A stretch of DNA of 64,000 bases. Origin: Balanoglossus misakiensis (Eukaryota > Animalia > Hemichordata). Location: positions 806,001 to 870,000 of the forward strand of contig CM082577.2 of assembly GCA_040954595.2 (NCBI GenBank). The letters run 5' to 3'. The position numbers and the translations under genes were made by a program. The notes beneath the pieces are model-generated. The model was not told the origin of the DNA and searched no databases. It saw nothing but the letters and a program-made list of their open reading frames with translations. How positions within the stretch are numbered: the stretch's first letter is position 1; every line of letters begins with the position of its first letter. Shown one piece after another: positions 15,381 through 28,200 of the stretch.

Positions 15381-18300
15381 ATGTCGAACGACTCTGACAA
15401 GAATATGGTGTTCGGACTCATTAATAGCGCTAACAAGAAGTACCTGACACAGGAGAATTTCGGTTTCAAAATCAACGCACTGGGGAAGTACCTGAAGAGC
15501 AAACAGAAATGGAAGGTGGAACAACCGGCTGGAGAAGAGGCGTCCTACATACGCAGTCATCTCGGTCGATATTTATCTACAGACGCAAAGGGCAACGTTA
15601 GCTGTGAGGCCGAGACAAGAGGGCCGGATGAAAAATTTAGTCTGGAAGTTCAGAAAGATGGCCGCTGGGCCATTCGCAGTTTTACGCACGGCAATTACTT
15701 CGGAGGCACCGACAACGCGCTCAGTTGTAACAGCAAAACTGTGGGCGCTAACGAACTCTGGACCGTTCATATTGGCGTTCACCCGCAAGTCCACATTCGT
15801 AGTGTTATCAATAAAAGATATGCCAAGCTTGGCGGAGGGGAGCTGAGAGTGAGGGAAGATCTCCCCTGGGGGGAGGAAGCGCTCATCACTCTAGGTTTCC
15901 AGGAGGGAAAATACACCATCCAGACTTGCGACGATAAGTACCTCACCCGAGAAGGAAATTTGGCGGAGGAAGTCAGCGAGGATGCCGAGTTTACTCTGGA
16001 ACTCATCAGCGGAAAAGTGGCATTCAAAGACTGCGCCGGATGTTACCTGTCTCCCATCGGTCCAACCGCATCTTTGAAAAGTAAAAACAAATCACCCGGA
16101 AAGGATGAGCTTTTCATCTTGGAAGACAGTTACCCACAAGGAGTGTTCCTGGCCCACAATGGCAAACACGTCTCTTTAAAACAAGGTGAGAACACTTTCT
16201 CTTTTTAGTTATATCAACATAAAAAATCAAAACTCCGGAAATTGTTTTATTTTCAAGCGTGGCATGCTATGCTTTTTTCGGTGGCAAATTATGCAGAGAC
16301 CTGACATTTCTGCCAGGGAAGCTGTCAAACGGTTTGAATTATAGTTTTAACCTTTAGTGTTTGTTTCTTGAGGGATTCGATCCAAGGGGTGTGACCACTC
16401 GACCTCGGTGCTGCACCGAAACACGACCTGCCCCCACTGCGTTTGCTATGACCCGTTTAGTTTCCGGCAGTGAGAACCGTGGTATTTCTCCCCGAGCACG
16501 CTGTCAGAATGAGTGTACAATACCACTTTTGTTTCCAGAAAACAAAAACGGTTGTGTATTTAAAAACCCTTTGAGCGCACACATACAATGTAATTACGTG
16601 TAAATGCAAATAAAAAGTGCCTGCTGCCACATTTACTCGCTGCTGTTCCTCTGACGAGCGCTGCTGACAGCTAAATTTCAAATATACCCTGGTGTTCTGC
16701 CTGTCTGCTTTAAATTACTACAGTGTACATGTCATGTACTAGCACGAGGTCTGGGAAACGGTCACTCATTTACGTAACATGTCCACTGTCTACCACGCTC
16801 TCGCAAACAAGGACAATGGACCGTAATTGCCATATATCATCCTCTTAGACTAGACACCATCTTCTGAAATATAATTTATATTGTAAGGTTGATGCGCGTT
16901 CACACTACTACATTGCTGCTTGAAAAATAGCGAGGAGTGGATGGGGGTATTTGATACGAACGCGAGCAAGGCCATCATAAAATGTTGGATTTAATATCGA
17001 TCCTACTTGTAAAACAAAGCACATATGTCATGCCTCTCTGAACCATGTAAATCACCTGTCTACTAATCGGTCATTGTTGGAAAGATAAAGACACGACGAA
17101 GCTGGCGGAACAACACTTTTCCCACACCCTTTTCATCAAGACTTCCTTTACTGAGCAGGCTACAGACCTACTTCCAAATATGGTTAGAAAGTTTGTTGCT
17201 TATCATTTCACTTCCTCCAATTGTTATGCACAATTTTAGACAGAGAGGGAGGGGTATCGATTCTTTGAGATTGAATCACGTATTTGCCCCCACTGTTTGA
17301 CGTGCTGTTATACCATTAGTCATGGTAGTGCCAAGTTACATAACATGGGCGGTTGGACTTCGTCAGAGAATTTCATTGTACATGCGGGGTCAGCTGGCTG
17401 CCAGCACCACTCAGCAGTCAACTGCATGGAGAAATTTGGGGTTAACTGACGACACGACTTGTGCTCATATGGGACAATAGAACTGCAAAATCATTCCTTA
17501 AGTTCTCATGAATACCACGCCCCTTTTCAATTATATTCAACACAATAGAATCGTTATTGTTACGAGGCTGTGTTGTATGGAAATGAAGATTATAATCGGC
17601 ATTCCTTCATAGTGTTTGTTCTAATTAAAAACTGAAAACAGACAATTAGCAAGACGTGATCTGTATGATCAGATCCAAGGCATGGCCACATCCGGGAATT
17701 TGTGTACTTTCAGGGCAAATCAATCTTCTGTAGTTTTATCCGAATTTCGGTTACAACTTAGTCTTGGCGATATTGGTAATTGATAAAAAATAAACTGTAA
17801 AGGGTGATGTAAGGATTGACTCCAATTTCTGTCTCCGACAAGTGGTTGCATGCATTTCTGGCATTCCACAGGAGAGCTGGGTGAATATAAACCCCATAAC
17901 TCAGGAAGCTTTGTCTCCGCTTCAGTGGTTAATACATTAGACCGTATTGAAACTACGCAGGTGGTTTTGTTACAAAAAAAACGAGCAACGGGAAATTTCT
18001 AAGCATGGAACAAAGATCGCGGATGTTTCCTCCAGAATTAATAGTCTGGGCTGAAATAATAGTGGTGCCTTATTTCAGTGCAATTATTAATTGCTAAAAG
18101 TATAATGAATGCCCGTGACTCTTCGTCAGTTCGTGTCAGGTCATTCGTTTTATTTGTTTTTCGCCTCTCTGCAAATGCGGTGGTAATTTTCAAACGGAGG
18201 TTTGGGTCTTGAAATTCTCACAGAGGTAACGTTAATATTAGCGAACTAATATTCATCACACGATGCTTTTTGTACGTACACTGATTGTCTCGTTCGCGAT

Positions 18301-21300
18301 AGCTTCACAACAATTTACGCAGAAGTTGTGGTCAATTCATTCATATTTTTTTTGCCATTCATCGTTCTGAGTTGCGTTGCAGCTGCTCAGTAAATGTAGG
18401 CCGTACAATGCCCTTTCATTGGACAATTCATGATGATCTTTTGCTCACCGTAACCTTTGCCCTCCGACAGCTGGTAAAGTCGTTTAACCCCTTTCCCAAT
18501 TTTCACTCCAAGGGTCAGATTCCCTTTCAGGGTATAAATTCCCACCATTTCATGTTACATGTACATGCACAATGCAATGCCATTCGGTTTTACTTCCTTG
18601 GAATCCAAACTTTTCCAGATGTTGCAAAGTGACCCCCGTGACTTCGACTTAGATCATTATTGCCTTGTATTTCACTACACGTGTTCCTTTGCGATTTGCT
18701 CAAAACGTGCTCATGTGTCGGTATCCAGGATCGTCTGTTAGAAAATCTTCATTTTACTCGAATAACATCCAAATGTACAAGTTATTATTTTGGAATATTC
18801 ATCTCCAACGCGGAATGAAATGGGCGTCGGGTATAACTCTAGAGATTATGTGGGCGTGTCCCATTGAAATCCGACCAATTCTGTCCAAATTGCACACGTG
18901 TACGTGTGAAGAGAAGCTAGCCCCATTCATAGTTACTACAGTTCATTTCAACAGCATGAATGAGCACATGAACGGAACCGATGATAATTTCTGACGTTGT
19001 GAAATGAAGCGGTGCATTTTTACAGTCTAAAGGGCATATTACTTTATATGGTAACATTATGGGGGTTCTTTATCGGAGTTGCTTATCTGCTAGACACGGG
19101 GCTGGCGTGAACAGATACTTATATCTCCCTATTCAATCAAAATGACAAATAATCAATCGGCGTTGTTGTCTGTCACCTTTCACCCCTGACTTTGGCTGGT
19201 TTTCGCAAATCCAGTAACGCACGCATGTTGTCTGCGAGGAGCCTGGATTAACAATAGCTACATCTAGCATAGGTGGACGACAGTGGAGCGATTTGTGACG
19301 CGGCAACATCTTGACATTATGAGCAATTTACCGCGTATTGCATAGGGAGAGGTCATCCGTTGTCATAATCGTGAACTATAAGTTATTTTCTTTGTGAGCG
19401 ATCTCGCCGATTAAGCTCAGTAATGATGTCCTCTATGTAAGCTTTGGCAGTGATGGACATACTATACCTGTACGCGACGCCACTACATCCATCATGGACC
19501 CATGTTATCGGTGTGTAAATACCGAGCGAGCGTTGTAATCGACCGCAGCGATCATATCTTCAAAAAATCGATAAACACAGATTTGACATTCTCTGGATTA
19601 AAATCGATCGACCGATCCAGTTTTGGTATTTTAGTCCGTTATCTATCAAACGGAATGAATGCGTTGTCATGGTAAAATGAACAGCGAATAAACACGTTTT
19701 GGCCTAGAGTAACAAGGAGAATCTTCTCTCCTGGAACCAACATGTCCACGGCTAACGTGAATAGCTTTCAGTAACAGTCGCCTTTTTAATGACCAAGACA
19801 ACGTTATCTGTCTGTTGTGTGAATTATAAATGTTAGACATGCCTACAAAAATCCTCTGGTTTATCGAATATACGTCGTCGTTGGTTATAAGGGTGATTAA
19901 TATACATGGAAGATTAAATACAAATAGTTATAAACACGGTTGGCGTCGGTCGTACGTCATATCTCCGATGATAACAATAATATGAAATTTTAATCTAGGA
20001 ATTGTGTCTATTCAAACTTGATTGTACTACGGGATCAATAGTGATATGAACTGGTTGCCATGGAAAGCTGACAGTAATTACCGTTCGACGTCAATTATGA
20101 GTGGAACATAAGCTAGTACAATATTTTTAATTTGATTGGAGTGGATCTATTCTTTTTCTTAACCCAGTTCCTCGTCATATTAAGTAGGGCAGTCAGAACG
20201 GGGGTCCATTGTTGCGAATACCTGTTCGTTGAGTCCGATAATCCAGGGTTACGACCTCTGCTCAACAATGTGCATTTCAGTGTTGTCAAACACTGATAGA
20301 GAATCTAAGAGACCTTCGATTCTCTTCCAGGAAAAACCCTATCCAGATACTTTATCACAAAACACATTCCCATCCCTGGAAGTAAAACAAAGAGAGCTAC
20401 TTGAAAGTCAGTATTGTCATTGAATGATATTGAGTTTGTGATTGGTCTTTTGACTTTCAGGTCAAGATTTGTCAGCCAATCAACCTGCCGATACTATCGA
20501 GGACAACGAGACCTTCCAGTTGGAGTATGATGACGACAGCGGTAAATGGGCTTTGCGGGCGTCTGCTGATAAATACTGGACCCTGGCACCTTCATCCGGG
20601 ATACAAGCCACCACTATTAAAAAGTGAGTTCAGACTTGTCGCGTGAACTATGAATCATGGGAATATTGCTACTTGGCCCGATGACCTCTGGTAGAAACCG
20701 ACATGAATCATAAAATAGTGGTTTAACCACCGGTCAACACGACATGGGTCAAGAAGCATTATTCGTTTAAATTACGCGACTGACCACTTTAATGAAACCT
20801 ACATTGTTCCAAAGAAATATCAAACTTATTGAGCAGCCCACCCACAGAAAATGAAGACATTTCAGGTTTTATCCCAAGTTGTAGATTTTCATTTCGCGTC
20901 TTTGAATTGCAATAAAAATTTAAGAGACGTATTAAATTATCATCCAGTGTATCATAAAGTCGCAGGCTCTGGTCAGTCTGCAGGTTGTTGGTCAGTTTTA
21001 CAATGCAAACTGAGCTATGTTATCGTAAATGCAGTTTTATTTTACTGTTCTGTTCTGACCCCATTTGCCCGGTCACCCACACTGTCCGGTACGCCCATTA
21101 GCTCGAAATCACGTGACAGATAAATCGTGAGTGCATAGAAAGTTAACAGACGTATCTATAGCAACAAGGCGCCATGCATTGTCATGGATACCATTCTGTA
21201 CTGGAAAAAAAGGTTGAACTAATTAATTAAAGATAACTTATCAGGGAGAAACCGGACATATGCGCTTAAATTGGAATTGTGCTTTGAGTTGAACTCCCGA

Positions 21301-23364
21301 GGCAGGATCACTATAGTTAATGTCAGAATCGTTTAAATGGTGCATTTTTGACTGAAAAGCTGCATTGAAGATGTCATATGCAGCTGTTGTCGCTCAACTC
21401 TGTACAGAAATGCCCGTGTATCGACAACCAGAGAGAAATATAAGGCATAAAGATAAATGACCTCGAGATGACCCTTCTGTAGTCATCGAGTGATATCTCT
21501 TCAAAAATTTCGAGAGAAAAAAATCCGGCTGTGCGAATTATTTTCGAGGGGGGTCGAAATCTCCGACGGCAACCGTACTGAAACTATGACGATGTATACA
21601 GTAACCCTGTCTCCCGCGATGCCAAAATTAGTACCGTCCATGCACGCCTACGTTCTCAACGTACAGCCGAAATTATGAAAGGTCGCCGATTCAATATGTG
21701 ATCTAGACGTCCTGTGTGCACTGAACACACGATGTGTTTATCTAACACAAACAACAGAACCTCTCATAAAAGAGATGCGGTATCATTAGACTAATTACAG
21801 ATGGTAGTCTGGAAACACGCTCCCCCTCAGAGAGAGTTGTTTACTTGGGTACACTCTCAACATAAAGCGTATACACTTTGAGATTAAACTTTGACATCGT
21901 ACCCAAGTAAACAACTCTCTCTGAGGGGGAGCGTGTTTCCAGACTACCATCTGTAATTAGTCTAATGATACCGCATCTCTTTTATGAGAGGTTCTGTTGT
22001 TTGTGTTAGATAAACACATCGTGTGTTCAGTGCACACAGGACGTCTAGATCACATATTGAATCGGCGACCTTTCATAATTTCGGCTGTAATTCGATCTCT
22101 ACTATAATTTCTACTTTGTTGAAATGTGTCTCGTGTGTGCTTGATCACTTTCTGTATCTGACCCAGGTATCTGACACGATGTATATGTATAAGGAATTTT
22201 GCCTTGCTGTGGTTTAGTTTACTAGTATTTCTCACGTTTTCACGTACGGGTTCAATAGACAAATATCCAACTAGATTCTAGACTAGAACGGGACGAATAA
22301 TGCCTTATAATACACAATATTTACAGCTTTGACTACATATGACTGTAATTTCCTTTATTTATTGACACGCCCCCACCCCAAAAAAATCGATGTTTTGTGT
22401 CCAATAAAAGCCGGATCATTAAGATTTTTCATCATTTGTAATTTGTATACGTTTATTTTCCTGTTTCTGACAGAAATGCACCCGAAGCCTTGTTTTCCTT
22501 GGAATACGATGGCAAGGACGTGACCATCAAAGCAAACAACGGGAAATACGTCACAGCTAAAGCCAGCGGTCACCTGTTCGCCACATCCGACTCGGTCACG
22601 GAGAAAGAGAAATTCAAATTCCGGCTAATCAATCGCCCTCTGTTGGTAATCCGAGGAGAGCATGGTATGGTGGGCGTGAAATCGGTGACGTCACCCGATA
22701 AAGTGGAGTGCACCGGAGTCAAGATCAAGCTTTTGCATTTGATATATCAGGATGGAGCATATAACTTCAAAGGTAAGCATGTCACTAGTAACAATGCTTT
22801 CATTTAGCCGAATCAACAATTTCATTGTGGTTGCTACCAGCAATAATAACAAGAAGTTCCACCACATGTACTTGCATTCGCGGTCGTTGACCCCAGGTTA
22901 CGGGTTGTGGCCAACTGCACTGGTCTGCAAGGGTCTGTAGTTACACTTACAGCTAAGCATGCATCTAGGCCTACTTTGTGTTTTTGTCAGTAAGTTTACT
23001 GACGCTTATACCCAGTCGAAACTAATCTTGAAAATAAAAGGATCTTCAGAATTTTGCAGACCTTTGTTTCGTAGGATTATTAAGCAGTTATCAGTGATCA
23101 AGTTACACGTTTGAGAATTCGAATCTGATGCAGACTTTATTGACGTGATTTCTTTCCACAGGACCGAGTGGTAAATTTTGGCATGTGGACAACGAAGGCA
23201 ACGTGAGCATGAGCGAAGAAGCCACCGAATTGATTCTGGAATTCCACCAACAGAGTAAACTTTGCATACGCGCCCCTGACGGGAAACTTCTCAAAGGCGA
23301 GCAGAGCGGTCTCTTCAAAGCCAACGGTGATGAGATCGGACCCGACACTCTCTTTGAATTCTAA
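15381..23364 (+). CDS. FSCN: Fascin (singed-like) actin-bundling protein; exons 15381-16185, 20461-20623, 22474-22772, 23162-23364 (489 aa)
   Basis: Motifs FGLINSANKKYLTQENFGFKINA, RSHLGRYLS, HPQV, DLSANQ...ETFQLE, LINRPLL. The four exons sum to 1470 nt in frame. Confidence 0.96.
21662..22089. mobile_element. Foldback/MITE-like element: perfect 191-bp inverted repeats (21662-21852, 21899-22089), 46-bp spacer, TA|CAG...CTG|TA ends
   Basis: The arms read as exact reverse complements (tacagccgaaattatgaaagg...ttacttgggtac / gtacccaagtaa...cctttcataatttcggctgta). TA-CAG termini resemble Tc1/mariner-type elements. Confidence 0.85.
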
Positions 23365-25120
23365 AAGAGTCGCATTGCTTTTTTACTTTATGTAGAAGTC
23401 GTTAGTTTGTATTTAAAAGCAAGTTTGTGAAAAAAGAGAATGTATATATCGCATTATATATACTGCCATTTTCACCTTCTGGATTTTACCCACACATAAC
23501 AAGTGTTTTTGAAGTGGGTTTACACATTTCTGTCTTGCCTGACAATTCAAACTTGCTATTTAGTCATATAAAGTAGTTATATTCACATCAAGAAACAATT
23601 TCTTCATGTGTGTAGGCCCTATACGTGGACGTTACATAAGATCTTTGGATGTGAAATATCCCATATTTTTATTGGGACACATATTGTAATTTTATCGATT
23701 AATTAGGCTAGCATAAAAAGCATAGAATTATCCTTAATCAAATAATTTGAAAAAGTCTGATAAAATTAAATAATTTACAGTCGTGTTGATTGCATGCAAT
23801 AGTCATTATTGGCTGGATTTCATAATAACTGCAATATTTGGAAGCGTTACCATGGTTACAGGAAAATGTTCGAGGGAAACTGACCCAGTATGTGTGCCTT
23901 TGATAGTGATATATCATGCTTTCTATGCAGATTTTGAAGGGAAAAAATATATTTTTGTTGGAAATTATCGATGAATTAACTACACAAGGTAGTGTCATTT
24001 CAGTGATTGCATAAGACTTGACATGTGATATTTTCAATCCAGTACGTAGCTGTTAGAACTTTTTCAACATACCGTAGTTATTTCATTATAAGGAGTTACA
24101 GTAAAATGTAGTGCTGTATACTAGTGTTAGGTTCAAAATAAAATTTGTATTTCCTATTCTATATTCAGTGCAATGGACACGTGTTCTGTTTAGCAATTGG
24201 TGGATGGTGTATGTTAAAATGTTCTTAAAAGATGATACGTATCAATGTGATGCGAATAATTTCCCAGTTGAACTTGAACTTCAGCTCCACAATGCAGTTT
24301 CTGTATGTATCAGAATCAATGTGCATGGATCGCATATTTTGTTGATTGGAATACAGAAAGATGTGTACAATTTTGAAAATTGTTGACAATAAATTTATCA
24401 TTGTAACGAAAGCCAAGAGGTAAGTGTCATATTTGTGTCCCGTCTTCGGTTGGCCCTCTCTCGCATGCTGAGTAACTCATGTTCAGGGTAAAACCCCGAT
24501 GTAAAACCAATTTCTAGCACAAGTTGCGGATTAACATACCAAATTGAAAGCCAACTTTGAACACTTGTAAAAACCTGCCCTACCGGAAGCCAAATATCTC
24601 TTTTTGAACAGGCCCGTCGAAATGAAGCCGTCCGTGTTTGTGTTCCCTTGTATTTGTCTGACAAGGATAAAAAATAACGCTATCTGACAACGCGCATCTT
24701 GACAATAGAATGAACTCCGTTTCCCGACCGTGTGTGGAGGGACTGTGAATATATCAATGTTGTACTTTCTTTGTGGAAATAGTCGAGTCTTTTCTTTGCT
24801 TGGTTATACTTGACTTCGCTTTTTCTCCTGTTCACAAACGATCACCGGCATCAGTTAGGATCAATTCACTGATGAGTATAGGCCTTCCTGGGAGTGGTTA
24901 TGCTATAATATTGAATTATAGCTTTCACGGCCCTGCCACGCAGAGCTACTACTTTATATAACATCGTGGGAAAGGAGAAAGACGACGAAGACAGTGAAAA
25001 ATCATCTAAAGGTAATGTTTAGGTAATTTTTCCACCGTTGCGGTTAATGGTTCACCTCGATCAGATCAACAGGTGGACCGTACCGCTATATTGATAAGGC
25101 CATTCAATTAGTAAACTGCT

Positions 25121-25172
25121 CTGCGCATGCCCGGTTTCACCAGTAGCAACACCAAAACAGATCCGCCATCTT
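25121..25172 (+). promoter_or_regulatory. VWA3A proximal promoter motifs (NRF1-like TGCGCATGC, RFX half-site TAGCAAC, YY1-like CCGCCATCTT)
   Basis: Motifs cluster 110-165 bp upstream of the ATG at 25286 in a CpG-rich patch. Confidence 0.45.
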
Positions 25173-25285
25173 TGTCCCTACATTCAAACATATGTATATA
25201 CTCTAAGTTGTTCCGTAATATTCACCGCATTTGGTGATCGGACCGTTTTCGCACCGAAATATAAGGATTCATAGATTTGAAAGCT

Positions 25286-28200
25286 ATGTACAAACGGCGA
25301 TTACAGGCCCAGCAGGATGATACCACCAGCGATACAGACGACGAACAGAGGTAAGTTCAGGTTTGCAGTTCATTTCTTCACAGTTCACTGTGCTCAACGT
25401 ATGTACAAAACTGTACAGGACAATATGAGGTCACATTCCTTCCGAGAAGGTGTATGCCTTACCTACACAACGATCGAATGTTGAAATGAGGAGGTAGAAC
25501 AACTGCTCGTTAGCACCCTGGCTTGTCTTCTTATGCTGCAAATTATTAAATTGTTCAACGTCTGTGGTTGTATTGATCAGTTTGATGTTTACAACAAGTA
25601 TTCATATCGCCAGGTCTGTGAAAGCAAAGAGCTGTCAAACTTCAGGAGTTGTCAGTTTTTGTAGCAGCCATACGTTACAGTGCTTGCAAACTGTGATACG
25701 AGAAGCTCCCTGGAAGGAAATTCCACTAAAGCTGTGGAGAACTAGACTGTAGTGTGTATTGTCAAACAGTAAATACAAAATGATGTGTGGAAAACCATAA
25801 ACAATAAATAAAACACAAGCAAGACTAGTTTATCACATGTGTATGTATGTATTTCAGGGGTTATGTAATTACAGGTAATTATTCTCAAGGTGTCCTGAAA
25901 CACATCAGGAAGTAACACTCACTGTAACTGCAATTGGGATCCAGGTCCCAGTTGCAAACAGGTGGAAGTGAAGACGGGGGAATACTTATTATTATAATGA
26001 GGTGTTATAGCCAGGCAGGCTTTATAATATACCTCAGAATATTGTAAAAATAGTGGGAAGGACTGCATTTTTCTTTCAGCGATGAAAGTGTTACCATTGA
26101 AATTGACAGTGACACTGACAGTGAGTTAGAAACCCTGTTATCCACTCTGTCTGAGAAATCAACACAGCGAGTTAAGCAACCAAGGTAGATAAAAATATTT
26201 GACACATGGATTTGGTGTACTGGTGTCATTAACTGCAGTGGTGGCTGTGGTGTGGTGGGTTATTTGTGTTGGAGCGGTAGAAGTAAATAGAACACATGCA
26301 GATCATGCTTTGCAATATGGTAAACCCTGCTCATGAAAACTTGATAAATCAACTGTGGCCGGGTAACGTTAATTTCAAGTATTTTCATAGCTTTGTTGTA
26401 TCCATGTCACTATCAAGTTTGCAAAGCCATCAGATCATTTTCAGATTCATAAAAATTTAGGAATGTGGTTATTGTAACCTGTGGGTCTACCTCATCTCAT
26501 AATAATGACAGCAACCGCATTTTGCTAGAAATGAAAATAATTGCAAGTGTGTGGCTCTTATTTAGGTGTCATTATCAGGCCTGAGGTCAAAGGTTATTTT
26601 TTATAGTGAATTATTTCTATTACTAGCACAGTACTAGCACAGATGGTGAGATGAGAAAACACTCTTGCAGAATACTATAGATCAACTAATGTGAGAATTC
26701 ACGTTTGTCCCACACAGCAGGCATCAACGTCGTCTTCAACAATACCAACACTCGGAACAGATGATGGAAGAACAGGAGGAGGGAGAAGAGGAGGAAGAGG
26801 GGGAGGAAGGAGAAGAGGAAGGGGAAGAGACGGAAAGGACAAATAAATACAGTGAAATCAGGTACGGAAGGATTTCTCTGGAGTTGCTGAACACTCTCAG
26901 TGCCTCTATTATAATTCAGATGAAATCTCAGTTTCCAAGCAGGTAATAAACTGAGCTAACTCAGGACCAGCCTGGGTTAGCCCAGTTAGCACCTCATTGT
27001 CACTGTGGTCATCAGCATAAACAGCACACACAAACAACAGCACAGACAGTGATGTTTGACACAATCAGTATAAACATCGGTGTGAGGGTGTGGGTCTTCA
27101 TTTACAGTTTCTTGTGCTGTTACCCTAAAGTTATACTTAGAATTTGCTTGTGCTGGGTATTTGCACACAAACTGTGGTGACATGAAGTCGAGGAAGAAAC
27201 TTGCAATACACAAAACAGAAAAACCATAAGAATTTACCGCTACTGTACTGCCCAATAAAAATCTTCATCAAAGTTGGTTTGATTTCTTCATTCCTTTCTT
27301 TCCAAGGTAAACAGAAAATACTAAACTTTGATCAGTGTTTATGGTAGAAGTATACTCAGTGTCTGCTGTGTACCATGTCTTACTTTAGTTTCTGAAACAG
27401 GACACCAAATGGTACATGTAGATATGTGGATAAGGCACTGATCAAAGTTCATTGCTTTCTCCATAAGAAAAATGGAATTTGTTGGAGTTATGAGGAAATC
27501 GATGGAGACTTGTCAACATTTATGACGTATGCGCTTCATTGTTTCAGTTTTATAACATAAAGTAAGAGATTACATATTTGAAAATGTGCCAAAAACCAAA
27601 CATTGAGCCAGATTGTTTTTAAAGATACAAAATGAACAATGCATGTATGTGCTGCTGTTTTGGCAGTAACCGTCAACACAGAAGAAAACAGCACATTCTA
27701 ATCTATATAACAATTTTGTTTTCTTCTTCGCCCTCTCCCTCCCAACAGATCAAGTCAAGACATGGAACAAACATTTGTAACACAAGGAACACGATCCAGT
27801 TGGTTAGCACCGCGTGGAGGAGGTGTAGCTCCAGATCCGTTATTGATAACATCTGTCAATCAAACGTATCAAATGGTGGTAAGTTGAAATTAAAAAAAAA
27901 CAACTTGTCAACTCTAAACCAATAAGTTTCAAGCAATAAACAGTGACACCATCAACCTGGAACTTCTGAAACCAAATATTCTCATCAAATTTGAAATTAA
28001 TAATACATGTACATTGTTACAGACTGCCGTAATCATTTTCTCAGCAAATAATTTTGAAATTTAATGCCTGGTTGTCATCTGTCTGAAATTAGATGAAACA
28101 TTGTTTGAGACTAGAGTCATCAGTTTGTCTGCAAATTAGGAAATTTAACCCGACTCTGAGATAGTCATTTCTATTTGTACTTGAAATGACTAATCTAAGT

